Below are positions 1 through 8,906 of a stretch of DNA of 34,942 nucleotides, piece after piece. Under the pieces are notes generated by a model. The model was not told the origin of the DNA and searched no databases. It saw only the letters and a list, made by a program, of their open reading frames with translations. Source of the stretch: a virus; the IMG/VR virus record IMGVR_UViG_3300009481_000004, positions 1 to 34,942 of that record; one strand, 5' to 3'. Made by a program: the position numbers and the translations under genes. Every line of letters begins with the position of its first letter. Position 1 is the first letter of the stretch.

Positions 1-123
1 ATTTTATGTCCATGTTACTTTCCTTTTTTTATATTCATTAGCAATAGCACAATAGATAATAACGCCACTACAACTTGTAATAATTCGTGAACCTGCGTTA
101 ACCCGATTGCATAATTACTAAAA
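1..123. repeat. Terminal direct repeat, left copy (identical to 34820..34942)
   Basis: Base-by-base comparison shows 1..123 equals 34820..34942. The repeat cuts through coding sequence: the start of the 75-aa ORF and a 45-aa ORF. Confidence 0.95.
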
Positions 124-152
124 CTAATTGCTGCTATTTTTAAACTGTCCAT
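15..152 (-). CDS. Small membrane peptide, 45 aa (below the ORF-track cut-off)
   Basis: ATG at 152..150 and TAA at 17..15. Translation is MDSLKIAAISFSNYAIGLTQVHELLQVVVALLSIVLLLMNIKKGK, with one hydrophobic helix and a KKGK tail. It overlaps the upstream ORF by 29 nt and ends 2 nt before the ATG of the 75-aa ORF across the junction. Confidence 0.35.
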   Translation of the reverse strand: MDSLKIAAISFSNYAIGLTQVHELLQVVVALLSIVLLLMNIKKGK

Positions 153-324
153 TCGTCTTCAATCCTTGTATCTCATCTCTGAGTTTTGCCATCTTTTCAT
201 TGTTTTCAATTTTTATCTCTAAAGCCTGAACTCTTAATTCCATCTGATACCAACCCCAAGCAAGCGCGCCCAACACAGACACGATATTGAATATAAATTT
301 AATATCAACTTTTACCTGACCCAT
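124..324 (-). CDS. Single-pass membrane protein with coiled-coil tail, 66 aa (lysis / spanin-like cluster)
   Basis: N-terminal TM segment FIFNIVSVLGALAWGWY followed by a charged heptad-like tail. GGAAGG lies 5-6 nt upstream of the ATG. Confidence 0.6.
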   Translation of the reverse strand: MGQVKVDIKFIFNIVSVLGALAWGWYQMELRVQALEIKIENNEKMAKLRDEIQGLKTNGQFKNSSN

Positions 325-640
325 TTAGCCTTCCAGACATATAACTTATTTTATCACTAAGATCATCAACTTCTTTCATTAATGATTCATGTCTTCTGTC
401 CATTTTATCATTTATACTCGTTTTAAAAGCATTTACAGAATCAATTAACTTCACAGAAATAGTGTAACAAGAGTTGATTTCTGTTTGCATTTTAGAAATA
501 TCTTTCTTTATGTCATCTAAGTCTTCAGACTGGTCTTTCTGTGATACTACAAGATTATTAAGAAGATATAAAAAGCCAAGAGTCATTATACCCATAGCTC
601 CAAGCTGCCCATATAATTCTATCATTTGAGCAATATCCAT
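305..640 (-). CDS. Single-pass membrane protein with long coiled-coil, 111 aa
   Basis: TM segment LGAMGIMTLGFLYLL followed by a charged helical region. AGGAAAGGA lies upstream. The start overlaps the upstream stop as TAATG. Confidence 0.65.
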   Translation of the reverse strand: MDIAQMIELYGQLGAMGIMTLGFLYLLNNLVVSQKDQSEDLDDIKKDISKMQTEINSCYTISVKLIDSVNAFKTSINDKMDRRHESLMKEVDDLSDKISYMSGRLNGSGKS

Positions 641-918
641 TATTTATCCTTTCCTAATACCTTATCTAGTAAACTCTTATTCATTTCTGTAAGCCTTTGT
701 TCTCTTTCGTTCTCTAGTGGTTCCATCCTTTCATCAAGTGCTTGTTCAAATTCAATCAACGCTTCTTTAATATGTACTATGTCTTTTTTATTATTATTGA
801 TATTTGCATTTAACGTATACCATGCGCCAGTTAAGGTGAACACCAGAAAGATAATTTGCACTGCCCATTTAACTGAGATGTGTATTTGTAACTCATCGTT
901 TAATGCTTTAGTTCTCAA
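640..918 (-). CDS. Single-pass membrane protein with coiled-coil, 92 aa (i-spanin-like architecture)
   Basis: TM segment WAVQIIFLVFTLTGAWY followed by an E/K/L-rich helix. It shares the TM-then-W-Y-then-coiled-coil layout of the 66-aa protein. Confidence 0.65.
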   Translation of the reverse strand: MRTKALNDELQIHISVKWAVQIIFLVFTLTGAWYTLNANINNNKKDIVHIKEALIEFEQALDERMEPLENEREQRLTEMNKSLLDKVLGKDK

Positions 919-1141
919 TTCTCTTTACATCTTCAAATTGGCTATGCAACCAGCACCAATTTTGTCTAGGATATAATTTATCATAATAATAATGTTTTAC
1001 TGAATCTGTATCTGTTATTTCAATGAATACAGTATTCGTATCACTAGGTGTAATTTCCCAGCCTGCTACACTCCAACCACTAGAACAACTAAGACTTGAA
1101 AGTGTAAATAATAGAAATATCATAAGACGTGTTGAGTTCAT
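908..1141 (-). CDS. Secreted or lipoprotein-like small protein, 77 aa
   Basis: N-terminal signal peptide MNSTRLMIFLLFTLSSLSC with Cys19. The lipobox is not canonical. It sits directly upstream of the TM / coiled-coil genes. Confidence 0.55.
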   Translation of the reverse strand: MNSTRLMIFLLFTLSSLSCSSGWSVAGWEITPSDTNTVFIEITDTDSVKHYYYDKLYPRQNWCWLHSQFEDVKRIEN

Positions 1142-1162
1142 AACTTACTTCATAATTAATTT

Positions 1163-1453
1163 TCATAACACCATCCACCATGCTATGGCAGTTTCTACGA
1201 ATATATCCGATAACGTATTGTACCACCATCGTTCTTTTGTTCCATAAGGCTTAAAATTCTCGATATACCACTCAAAAACTTCCCAAGCTATACCAACTAT
1301 CAATACGCCTAAAACGCACCATAAATCAGACCATCCACACCATTGGAATATCTTGCAAAGGAATGCGCCTGCTGCGAGATGGTAACTGGTCCAACCATCT
1401 AATTGGCCTGTGCGTTGCTGCCATGCTACTAATTTTGCTAAAGGACTATTCAT
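1163..1453 (-). CDS. Multi-pass membrane protein, 96 aa (possible holin)
   Basis: Three hydrophobic, Trp-rich segments. It heads the membrane-protein cluster. The function is inferred only from size and topology. Confidence 0.5.
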   Translation of the reverse strand: MNSPLAKLVAWQQRTGQLDGWTSYHLAAGAFLCKIFQWCGWSDLWCVLGVLIVGIAWEVFEWYIENFKPYGTKERWWYNTLSDIFVETAIAWWMVL

Positions 1454-1743
1454 CTATCTACTACCTTATTGTTAACTATTTTATGTTTAAAAATGTCGAT
1501 GCGCCCATGAGAATCACAGCCTTTCGCTTCACATGCTTTGACGTAAGCAGTTTCAATGGTTGCAAAAGAGTCTGACCGTTGTACTATTTCACCATCAACC
1601 AATAAAAAATAATCTTTTGCGTCAGATGGATAGGTCAGCGACTGCATAGAACCATCAGCCATACGAATAGACTTAACCATTTTAGGCTTTGTATTCTTAT
1701 GAATTACCACATCATAATCTTGGGCGCATCTACGAACAATCAT
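1450..1743 (-). CDS. Hypothetical protein, 97 aa
   Basis: ORF tightly coupled to its neighbours by an ATGA-type overlap at 1450-1453. No motif recognised. Confidence 0.6.
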   Translation of the reverse strand: MIVRRCAQDYDVVIHKNTKPKMVKSIRMADGSMQSLTYPSDAKDYFLLVDGEIVQRSDSFATIETAYVKACEAKGCDSHGRIDIFKHKIVNNKVVDR

Positions 1744-1998
1744 CTAATCGTTCTCGTCACCTGGGTCATGCGGTGAGTGGTCATCTGACTTTGCCAATGA
1801 CTCTTCTAGCATCCTTACAAAGCCATCCTTGCTTACAGCAAGTTGCTGTTGGATGAAGTTGTTGCTGTTTATCTTATCATCTATGTTCTTTAGATGCAGA
1901 TACATTTGCTTTTGCTCGTCATTAAAGTCCTCATTGACATCATACTCGACATCATTAAGAGTTAGAATAACTGGCGGTTGTTTTTCTTTTTTAGCCAT
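1744..1998 (-). CDS. Acidic hypothetical protein, 84 aa
   Basis: ORF with a D/E-rich composition. It abuts the downstream gene with no gap. Confidence 0.6.
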   Translation of the reverse strand: MAKKEKQPPVILTLNDVEYDVNEDFNDEQKQMYLHLKNIDDKINSNNFIQQQLAVSKDGFVRMLEESLAKSDDHSPHDPGDEND

Positions 1999-2021
1999 TA
2001 TTGACTCCTTGTGTTAGTTAA

Positions 2022-5000
2022 TTATTTTACGAAATACATTTCTACTGTATCAGAAACGTCTTTCATTTTAATCCAATTTGATGCAACTGGTTGACCTTTA
2101 GTAATTGGTATTTGACCAAGCAAACCAACTAAGCACCATTCATCTCTTTCTTTACGATTTTTATAAACCTTACTTGGGTCATAATCTGGATTCAATTTTT
2201 TACGCTGATGCGATGGAGTTAATTCTACTGCATCACTCGGAGGTGTGACACCAGATGGTAGTCTGTCAATATGGTAAGAATGTTTACGATAATATTTATC
2301 TTCAACTTTTGAATCTTTAACTGTACCGCCTAAAACTCCACCAGTCTCATCTTTGCCACGCTTATTATATTCTTCAAATGTAATCTCTTCAGTCCATTCT
2401 TTAATTTTATAATCTTCTAAGATTATTTCATCGTAATCAGTTTTCAGATACTTACCTTGATAGCGAGTAGTTGCACAATTAGCAACAACAGCAGATGATG
2501 ATTTAGGTCTAATAACTCCCATTGGAGTATCTCCATCAGAACAAGCCACAATTTTATCACCATCAAGTTTAACTGTAGAGCCTATTGCTATCGCCTTACT
2601 ATCTTTACTTTCAAAATACTCTGCATAGTCAGGAGCGCCTGAGAAATCACCACTATCAAAAGTAGCAACTCCTTCAAGGGCTGTGATTTGGGCAACTGTA
2701 TCACCATTCTGGGTATCATGACATCGGAAGAAAAAATCTCCTGTTCCATCAACATTAGAACCACCCATTTGTATTTCCATACCAAACACATTACCAGTTG
2801 GGTTTACAGTAGTATTAACATCTATTTTTTGACCATAGATATACGCACCTATTGCCCCACCATCAATATCAACATTAACATATGAACCAAAAGCATTACC
2901 ATCTACCGTACCACCATCAATATTTGTCATTGTACTCGAACCATAAATACTATTAACATCACTATGAGTACCAGCTATTTTTGCTGTAGCATCCAATCCA
3001 ATTATTGCTGTACTTTCCTCGTCTGCTGTTTCAGTTGATTCAGCGTGAACAACTAAACCATACAAAGCTCCAAAAGATTCACTAGTATCATTAAAGACTA
3101 ATTGAGATTTAGTGCCTATAAATGTATCACTACTATCACCATCACCACCAGTAATAGTCCAATTACCTTCAAGTCCATTATAATCTCCACTTGTAACAAT
3201 GCCAGTATCTTGTAAACGAGCATTACCAGCATAAATTTTAGCACCTTTATCCGATGCCATCCAGACTTCTTCAGTATCGCTATTCCCAAGAAATACTGTA
3301 TCATCTTGTGTGGCTTCAAAATTATTACCAATAGCTGTTACATTATCAAAACTTCCAGTGTTAACATCAACATTAGCACCTATAAGAGTATTATTCCAAC
3401 CATTGCTAATTCCCTGTCCAGCTTGATAACCTACTACTGTATTTTCGTGTGATGTATCGTTATTTGCACCTTTTAATGCTTGATACCCCACAGCAGTATT
3501 ATTGTCTCCACCTGCTGGCAAAGCAGTTCCAGTTTGGTAACCAACCATCGTATTTGATGCCCCTGTAGTGGTAGCGTCTAAGGCTTGATAGCCTACTGCC
3601 GTATTCCCAGCCCCAGATGTCAATGCTGTAAGAGCATCGTGTCCGATGGCAATTGTACCTGTCTGAGCATTAGAACCAGTTGAGTTCATAGCATTACCAC
3701 CAATGGCAATACAACTCGCCATAGCACCAGTTCCTCCTGTACCAGCATCTTGACCTATAATGATATTGTAATCAGCATCTGCATTATTTATAGAAGTACC
3801 AGCGTCTGCTCCAATTACTATATTAAAACTTTCACCACTATCAGCCACGCCAAATGCTGATTTTCCAATAATAACATTATGAACATTGTCTGTCATAGCA
3901 TCGCCAGCACTATTACCGATTACTACATTATTATTTCCAGTATTCAGGGATAATGCCGCTTGATAACCGATTGCTAAATTGCCAGCTCCAGAAGTCAATG
4001 CTGTGAGAGCATTTTGTCCAATAGCTATTGTACCAGTTTGAGCATTTGCTCCAGTAGAATCCATTGCGTTAGCACCAATAGCGATGTTGCCCTGTAATTG
4101 TCTATCATTTCCTGCAAAGTCTCCACCCTCTAAAGCATTGTAACCGATTGCCACATTGTAATCTGCGTCACCACCAGCAGTTCCTTCATCAACAGATGTC
4201 ATTGCACCTAAACCAATTGCTACATTATATGACTCTCCAACTGCAACTGCATCAAGGGCTAATGCTCCGATTGCGACATTATAATCTCCAGCAGTTAAAT
4301 TTTTAAGTGCATCAAACCCCACTCCAGTATTATAGGTTGCCCCAGCGACTGCTCCAGTACCCATAGTTCCTTCACCAAAGATAGTGTTATAGTCAGATGC
4401 ATTGTCACTTGAGTTATTCCAAGCACTTTTCCCAAATACTGTATTACCAGTATTACTATCATTATTGCTGAGTGAGATTCGGGAGTTGGAGTCAATAATA
4501 AATCTTGCAACTTCACTTGTAAAAAATGTTAAAGCCCCAGCTTCATTTTCTGTCGCTCTAAAAAACACTTCCTCTGCCGCATCAGTACAAGTTCTTGCCA
4601 TTTCAAAATTACCAGAACTACTATTTCTTCCAATTACAACGTGGTTTGAATCATTAGCACCCATTCTTATCTGTTTATCACCACCATATATGGATAACTT
4701 ATCGTCTGGTGTAGAATCGCCAATTCCAAGATTCCCAGCGGAAGTAAGAAAAAGAGCATCATTCCAACCATTGTTTTGCAAAACAGAAAACATCATAGAT
4801 GTGTCCATATTTGCACTTGTAGAAAAGTCCAATTCTTTTTTAGTAGTTATCTTACCACCACCTCTAAGGGCTGAACCGTCTCCTAAACTAAAGCGTATAC
4901 CTGCTGTTTCATCTACCGATGAACTACCACCAATTTTATTTTGAACTTGTATATAAGCATCACCAGATACATCTTGTGTAAAAGTAACCTTACCATCAGA

Positions 5001-6644
5001 TGCAATTCTCATTCTTTCAGCCGTGTCACTTGCACTTTTAGTGTAAAAAGCTAAATCAGCAATACCAGCCGAACCTGCATCAATAGCTATCATAGAGGCA
5101 CTTACATTATCATTGCCATCTGTTGTACCTAAAGCAATCCCAACTGTATCTCCTGTACTTCCAGCCGCACCATTTATAAATAATTGATAACTCTCTGAGG
5201 CAGTAGGAGTAGCTGTAGCCGCATTGTTTAAATCTTCAAAAATGTGCAATTTAGCGTCTGCTGAGGCTACGCCAATCCCGACATTACCAGCAAAAGTAGA
5301 CGAGGCATCATTATTAATTGTAAGTGCAGTTGTAAAGCTGGCTACTGCATCTGCACTACCAGAACCAGCAACAGCAAATGTGTGTATTCCAGCATCTAAT
5401 CCGTGATATGCGGCTGAACCATTGTTTATATACTCAAAACCAGCGGCAGTCCATTTAACATTCTCAGCAAGAAAAATTTTAGTTTCACCACTATCACTTC
5501 TTGCAAATATTGAGCCTCCAGCACCTACTTGTAAACCAGCAACAGTACTTTTCCAATCGGTTTCTGGTGTGACTCCTACACCAACTGCACCACCAAAAGT
5601 AGCATTTTGGCTTGAGTCTAATGTGAGTGCAGTAGTTCCACCTGTAACTAAAACAATATTATCTCCAGAGGACTCTTGAATGTATGTATTTCCGCCACCA
5701 TCAAGATAAAATTTAGATAAGGCTCTTATAGCTAAATAATCAGATGCCCCTCCGCCATTTTCTGTAAGGTCTAATAAATTTGTGCCACCAACTGTAATAA
5801 GCACTCTGTCTGCACTTGTTTCGTGTATATATGTATTTCCACCGCCATCTAAATATAATTTTTTAGTGGCAGATATTTGTAAATTTTGACTTGAGTCTAT
5901 AGTGAGTGCAACAGTAGCAGAGCCACCAGATGGAGTTGTAGCGAACTTAATTACACCATCATCTTTATTAGTGGTATCTGCTCCACTAAAGAATCCCATA
6001 TAGCCAATAGTAGTACCATTCCATTTACCAAGCATTGTACCTATACCAGCATCAGCACTCGACCTATTTGCATCTATTGTAATAGCGTTTCCAGTATCTC
6101 CAGCACTGTGAATGGTTATACCTTCATCTCCAGAATCTGCTTCGATGTGAAGGTTATTTGTGGGCGTTGTTTCGCCAATCCCTATCCGACCTAATTGGTC
6201 AATAACAACATAATTAGCTGCTTCATTTCTTGGAGAAAAATAAAGTTTATCTGTAGAATTGTTTTCTCCATACATAATCCTTGCCGCACCATCTCCACCT
6301 CTCATTCTCAATATGGCACTACCACTTGCATTTGTATTCTCAATTAATAAACCAGCATTTGTATCTGTAGCTGGGTTTGTAACAGCATCTGCCCTTTTTA
6401 TCGTGACAATTCCATTAGTGGTATTTACTGTGAGTATGTCACCACCATCAGAGTTCTTGCGGACTAGTAAGGCTTCTGTAGAGTCTACATCTATTACTTG
6501 TGTACCTTCTATGATCTCATCGAAACTAAGTGAACCACCGCCATCTACTTGGAGGTCACCATTGATTACCAAGTCTCCTGTGATCGTTCCGCCAGACGCT
6601 ATCTGTGCTGATGTGTTGCTGATCAAATTCTTGAATGATGCCAT
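2022..6644 (-). CDS. Tail fibre / appendage protein, 1540 aa, with beta-helix-type repeats and a C-terminal Peptidase_G2-like intramolecular-chaperone autocleavage domain
   Basis: N-terminal GDLxVxG-type fibre motifs and duplicated K[LF]YLDGGGNTYI[HQ]E blocks. About 370 aa of N-x-A-[IV]-G-x-x-A-L head-type repeats. The C-terminal 210 aa contain DYAEYFE, NPDYDP and EWCLVGLLGQIPI, which is characteristic of the phi29 gp12-type Peptidase G2 domain. Confidence 0.88.
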   Translation of the reverse strand: MASFKNLISNTSAQIASGGTITGDLVINGDLQVDGGGSLSFDEIIEGTQVIDVDSTEALLVRKNSDGGDILTVNTTNGIVTIKRADAVTNPATDTNAGLLIENTNASGSAILRMRGGDGAARIMYGENNSTDKLYFSPRNEAANYVVIDQLGRIGIGETTPTNNLHIEADSGDEGITIHSAGDTGNAITIDANRSSADAGIGTMLGKWNGTTIGYMGFFSGADTTNKDDGVIKFATTPSGGSATVALTIDSSQNLQISATKKLYLDGGGNTYIHETSADRVLITVGGTNLLDLTENGGGASDYLAIRALSKFYLDGGGNTYIQESSGDNIVLVTGGTTALTLDSSQNATFGGAVGVGVTPETDWKSTVAGLQVGAGGSIFARSDSGETKIFLAENVKWTAAGFEYINNGSAAYHGLDAGIHTFAVAGSGSADAVASFTTALTINNDASSTFAGNVGIGVASADAKLHIFEDLNNAATATPTASESYQLFINGAAGSTGDTVGIALGTTDGNDNVSASMIAIDAGSAGIADLAFYTKSASDTAERMRIASDGKVTFTQDVSGDAYIQVQNKIGGSSSVDETAGIRFSLGDGSALRGGGKITTKKELDFSTSANMDTSMMFSVLQNNGWNDALFLTSAGNLGIGDSTPDDKLSIYGGDKQIRMGANDSNHVVIGRNSSSGNFEMARTCTDAAEEVFFRATENEAGALTFFTSEVARFIIDSNSRISLSNNDSNTGNTVFGKSAWNNSSDNASDYNTIFGEGTMGTGAVAGATYNTGVGFDALKNLTAGDYNVAIGALALDAVAVGESYNVAIGLGAMTSVDEGTAGGDADYNVAIGYNALEGGDFAGNDRQLQGNIAIGANAMDSTGANAQTGTIAIGQNALTALTSGAGNLAIGYQAALSLNTGNNNVVIGNSAGDAMTDNVHNVIIGKSAFGVADSGESFNIVIGADAGTSINNADADYNIIIGQDAGTGGTGAMASCIAIGGNAMNSTGSNAQTGTIAIGHDALTALTSGAGNTAVGYQALDATTTGASNTMVGYQTGTALPAGGDNNTAVGYQALKGANNDTSHENTVVGYQAGQGISNGWNNTLIGANVDVNTGSFDNVTAIGNNFEATQDDTVFLGNSDTEEVWMASDKGAKIYAGNARLQDTGIVTSGDYNGLEGNWTITGGDGDSSDTFIGTKSQLVFNDTSESFGALYGLVVHAESTETADEESTAIIGLDATAKIAGTHSDVNSIYGSSTMTNIDGGTVDGNAFGSYVNVDIDGGAIGAYIYGQKIDVNTTVNPTGNVFGMEIQMGGSNVDGTGDFFFRCHDTQNGDTVAQITALEGVATFDSGDFSGAPDYAEYFESKDSKAIAIGSTVKLDGDKIVACSDGDTPMGVIRPKSSSAVVANCATTRYQGKYLKTDYDEIILEDYKIKEWTEEITFEEYNKRGKDETGGVLGGTVKDSKVEDKYYRKHSYHIDRLPSGVTPPSDAVELTPSHQRKKLNPDYDPSKVYKNRKERDEWCLVGLLGQIPITKGQPVASNWIKMKDVSDTVEMYFVK

Positions 6645-6653
6645 TGTATACTC

Positions 6654-6992
6654 CTACGCTAGTACGATGCGCACCGTAGAGGTCGCACCTTTGCCAAGCA
6701 AATGTAAATAAACTGATGATCCTATGCCTTGTGGCACATTTAATTCGTAGATGGTATCTCCACCCGCTAAATATAAATTGTTTCCTGTACTGCCCACTAT
6801 CATGTCGCTTGCGCTACTACTGAACCCATAATAGACATCGCTACTAGGCTGTAATATTACGCTGTGGACCGCGCTGACATCTAGGTTGTATTCTGAACCT
6901 GTTGCAACACTTTGCGCTGTTTGTACTGAAAAATTTGCAGAACTGCTGATATTCAGTGATTCAACCACTGAATGCTTGGAAAGATCAGCCAT
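6654..6992 (-). CDS. Small Ser/Val-rich structural protein, 112 aa (function unknown)
   Basis: ORF between the capsid genes and the fibre gene, with beta-rich composition. There are 9 nt between its stop and the fibre start. Confidence 0.55.
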   Translation of the reverse strand: MADLSKHSVVESLNISSSANFSVQTAQSVATGSEYNLDVSAVHSVILQPSSDVYYGFSSSASDMIVGSTGNNLYLAGGDTIYELNVPQGIGSSVYLHLLGKGATSTVRIVLA

Positions 6993-7053
6993 CTTGTTTC
7001 TCCTTTCTGAATGCCTTACCGAGCGTGACTTATCTCATGGGCATTTCGGTTAT

Positions 7054-7239
7054 TTACTCTATGATGCCTTGCGCTCTTAGGCTGGCATCGCTAATTCCTT
7101 TCATTTGGATGATAGGACTTGCAAACAATTTGCGCACCTTTTTGGTTTTGCATTTTGGGCAAGTGATCTTATCATCCTTGGACCATAACTGTTCCCATTT
7201 ATACTCACAAGGACTACATAAGAAGTCGTTGGTCTTCAT
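7054..7239 (-). CDS. Zinc-ribbon protein, 61 aa (FmdB-like CxxC...CPxC)
   Basis: Two zinc knuckles, CSPC-x18-CPKC. Confidence 0.6.
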   Translation of the reverse strand: MKTNDFLCSPCEYKWEQLWSKDDKITCPKCKTKKVRKLFASPIIQMKGISDASLRAQGIIE

Positions 7240-7397
7240 TTTTTCTTTTTAAGACTCAGTTTCTTTTTAGGCTTTTTAACCTCGCCATTCTCGTTGCAAG
7301 GCTGGTATCCTTTTTTTAAAAAACCATCAATTACTTCTTGGTTGATTGAATCTACTTTGCCAAAAACTGATCCATCTTTTCTTTTAAAATATTTCAT
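7236..7397 (-). CDS. Small protein with a poly-Lys tail, 53 aa (below the ORF-track cut-off)
   Basis: ATG at 7397 preceded by AGGAAATAAA. Translation is MKYFKRKDGSVFGKVDSINQEVIDGFLKKGYQPCNENGEVKKPKKKLSLKKKK. Its stop overlaps the next ATG as ATGA. Confidence 0.45.
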   Translation of the reverse strand: MKYFKRKDGSVFGKVDSINQEVIDGFLKKGYQPCNENGEVKKPKKKLSLKKKK

Positions 7398-7411
7398 TTT
7401 ATTTCCTTTCT

Positions 7412-7438
7412 AATGGGTGGGCGAAACGCCCACCCATT
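7412..7438 (-). terminator. Strong GC-rich stem-loop just downstream of the capsid gene (attenuator or mRNA stabiliser; no U-tract)
   Basis: AATGGGTGGGCG-aaa-CGCCCACCCATT, a perfect 12-bp stem with a 3-nt loop, 22 nt after the capsid stop codon. Confidence 0.45.
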
Positions 7439-7460
7439 GACAATCATCTTATAGTAACTA

Positions 7461-8333
7461 TTAAGATGGATTAGCGAAGTTAACAACTCCAAGTGACGTG
7501 CTAGAAGCACCATGAGACAAGGATGCGCCAAAAAGTATATCGGCAACCACGCTTGTAGCCAGGTGGTCAATGTCGTATGCTGACTGCACTCTAGGTGCAA
7601 TCTGCATAGCCATGTAAACTGCTTCTTTCTTAAAGACAGTTGCAGTTTCATCACCAGTACCTCCATCATCATCCCAATCGGTTGAGATGTATGTTGGCAT
7701 ACCGTAGATCTGACCCACGCCACCTGAGACATTAGGATTCTGCCCATCACCTCTACGAGATGAATCATAGAAGTCCTGTAGACTCAAGAGATACATGTAT
7801 GCAGCAGGAGAAGCATATAAGAATGTTTCGCCATCTGCGTAGTCGTGACCCGCATCAAGTAGCTTTTGCAAACCTTCACGTAGTTTTGCAGAAGTGACTT
7901 GATTGTCAGTTCCAAGTGTAATATCATTACCAGTTGCGGACTGAAGTACGTCTACTGCCAAGTAGTTTTCAACCTTCTTAGCTAATGCATAACCCATAGA
8001 TTGCGCATATGCACCAAAGAGGTTTGCTGACTCCTGAACGCGAACAATATCATCGATCCGTTTCGCTTCATAATGATGTTGATCAACAGAAATGGTGACC
8101 TCACCATCAGTGTTGTTTGTGTATGTTACCGCAGTACCTGCGCCTTTTGATGCAGCCGTTTCCTCAGTGACTTTGGGGATATGCAAAGTATCTCCCGAAG
8201 GCATTTCGGATGAGAAGTCCATCACCTGATTACGCAGTACGAATTTACGTTCTGCATAGTCTAGTATAGCGTCACGCCATAATTCAGGGATGAACTTGGC
8301 CGCGGTGGTTACTGTTACGTTACCGTCTGCCAT
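7461..8333 (-). CDS. Major capsid protein (HK97-fold type), 290 aa
   Basis: Position directly after the scaffold gene. The N-terminal AAKFIPELW motif is typical of this class. A strong hairpin follows the gene. Confidence 0.8.
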   Translation of the reverse strand: MADGNVTVTTAAKFIPELWRDAILDYAERKFVLRNQVMDFSSEMPSGDTLHIPKVTEETAASKGAGTAVTYTNNTDGEVTISVDQHHYEAKRIDDIVRVQESANLFGAYAQSMGYALAKKVENYLAVDVLQSATGNDITLGTDNQVTSAKLREGLQKLLDAGHDYADGETFLYASPAAYMYLLSLQDFYDSSRRGDGQNPNVSGGVGQIYGMPTYISTDWDDDGGTGDETATVFKKEAVYMAMQIAPRVQSAYDIDHLATSVVADILFGASLSHGASSTSLGVVNFANPS

Positions 8334-8348
8334 TTTCTAAGTCCTTTT

Positions 8349-8897
8349 TTAAGTTCCTTTGCGTTTATAGGATTCCAGAATATTGCTCCAATTCAATCGC
8401 CTGTCAGAGTCTTTTATCTTCTTTAAATCAACATTACTATCATTGACTGGCGCGGATGGTGCGCTGGAAACCGCAACGCGTTGTGTGTTTAGTTTCTTTA
8501 CTACAGCACGCAATGCTTCTAGAGGTAACTCTCCAAATGTAGCATGCTCTTCCTCTGGTATCTCACTTAGAAGTTCAGCGCGAAGCGATGCTTCCTGCTT
8601 CATTGCTGATTCAACAATGGGTTCGAGTTCTGCGAGCTTGTTGGCGCGCTCCTCGGCAAGATTCTTCCATTGCTCTTGTTCTTCCATTTGATTTATTCGA
8701 GTATCCTCGACTTCTTTGCGGAGTTTAGAAAGCTCCTGCTCGGCAATTTGTGCGCGACCACGATATTTCTTTGACTCTGCTATCAGATTCCCAACTTCGA
8801 GTTGTTGGTGGTCCTGTTCTTGAGTTTGTTCTGGTCCTACAGGGTCAACTGTAGACTCAGGCACTGACTGTGCAACTGGTGTTTGTTCTTCGGACAT
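8349..8897 (-). CDS. Capsid scaffolding protein, 182 aa
   Basis: Acidic, E/Q/K-rich coiled-coil sequence immediately upstream of the capsid gene. Canonical AGGAGG lies upstream. Confidence 0.7.
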   Translation of the reverse strand: MSEEQTPVAQSVPESTVDPVGPEQTQEQDHQQLEVGNLIAESKKYRGRAQIAEQELSKLRKEVEDTRINQMEEQEQWKNLAEERANKLAELEPIVESAMKQEASLRAELLSEIPEEEHATFGELPLEALRAVVKKLNTQRVAVSSAPSAPVNDSNVDLKKIKDSDRRLNWSNILESYKRKGT

Positions 8898-8906
8898 TCT
8901 GTCCTC

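Noticed and set aside
4402-4944. 180-aa plus-strand ORF antisense to the fibre gene (also 6259..6711, 5422..5679 and 5224..5406)
   Set aside because: These are shadow ORFs of a repeat-rich gene whose codon bias depletes stops on the opposite strand. The sequences are low in complexity and lack start signals.
2022-6644. Diversity-generating retroelement or template/variable repeat pair targeting the fibre gene
   Set aside because: No reverse transcriptase gene exists in the genome. The internal fibre duplications differ at all base types, not only at adenines.
7394-7768. 124-aa alternative-frame ORF overlapping the 3' part of the capsid gene
   Set aside because: It has an odd Met/Trp/His/Cys-rich composition, runs across the capsid stop and the terminal hairpin, and has no start context.
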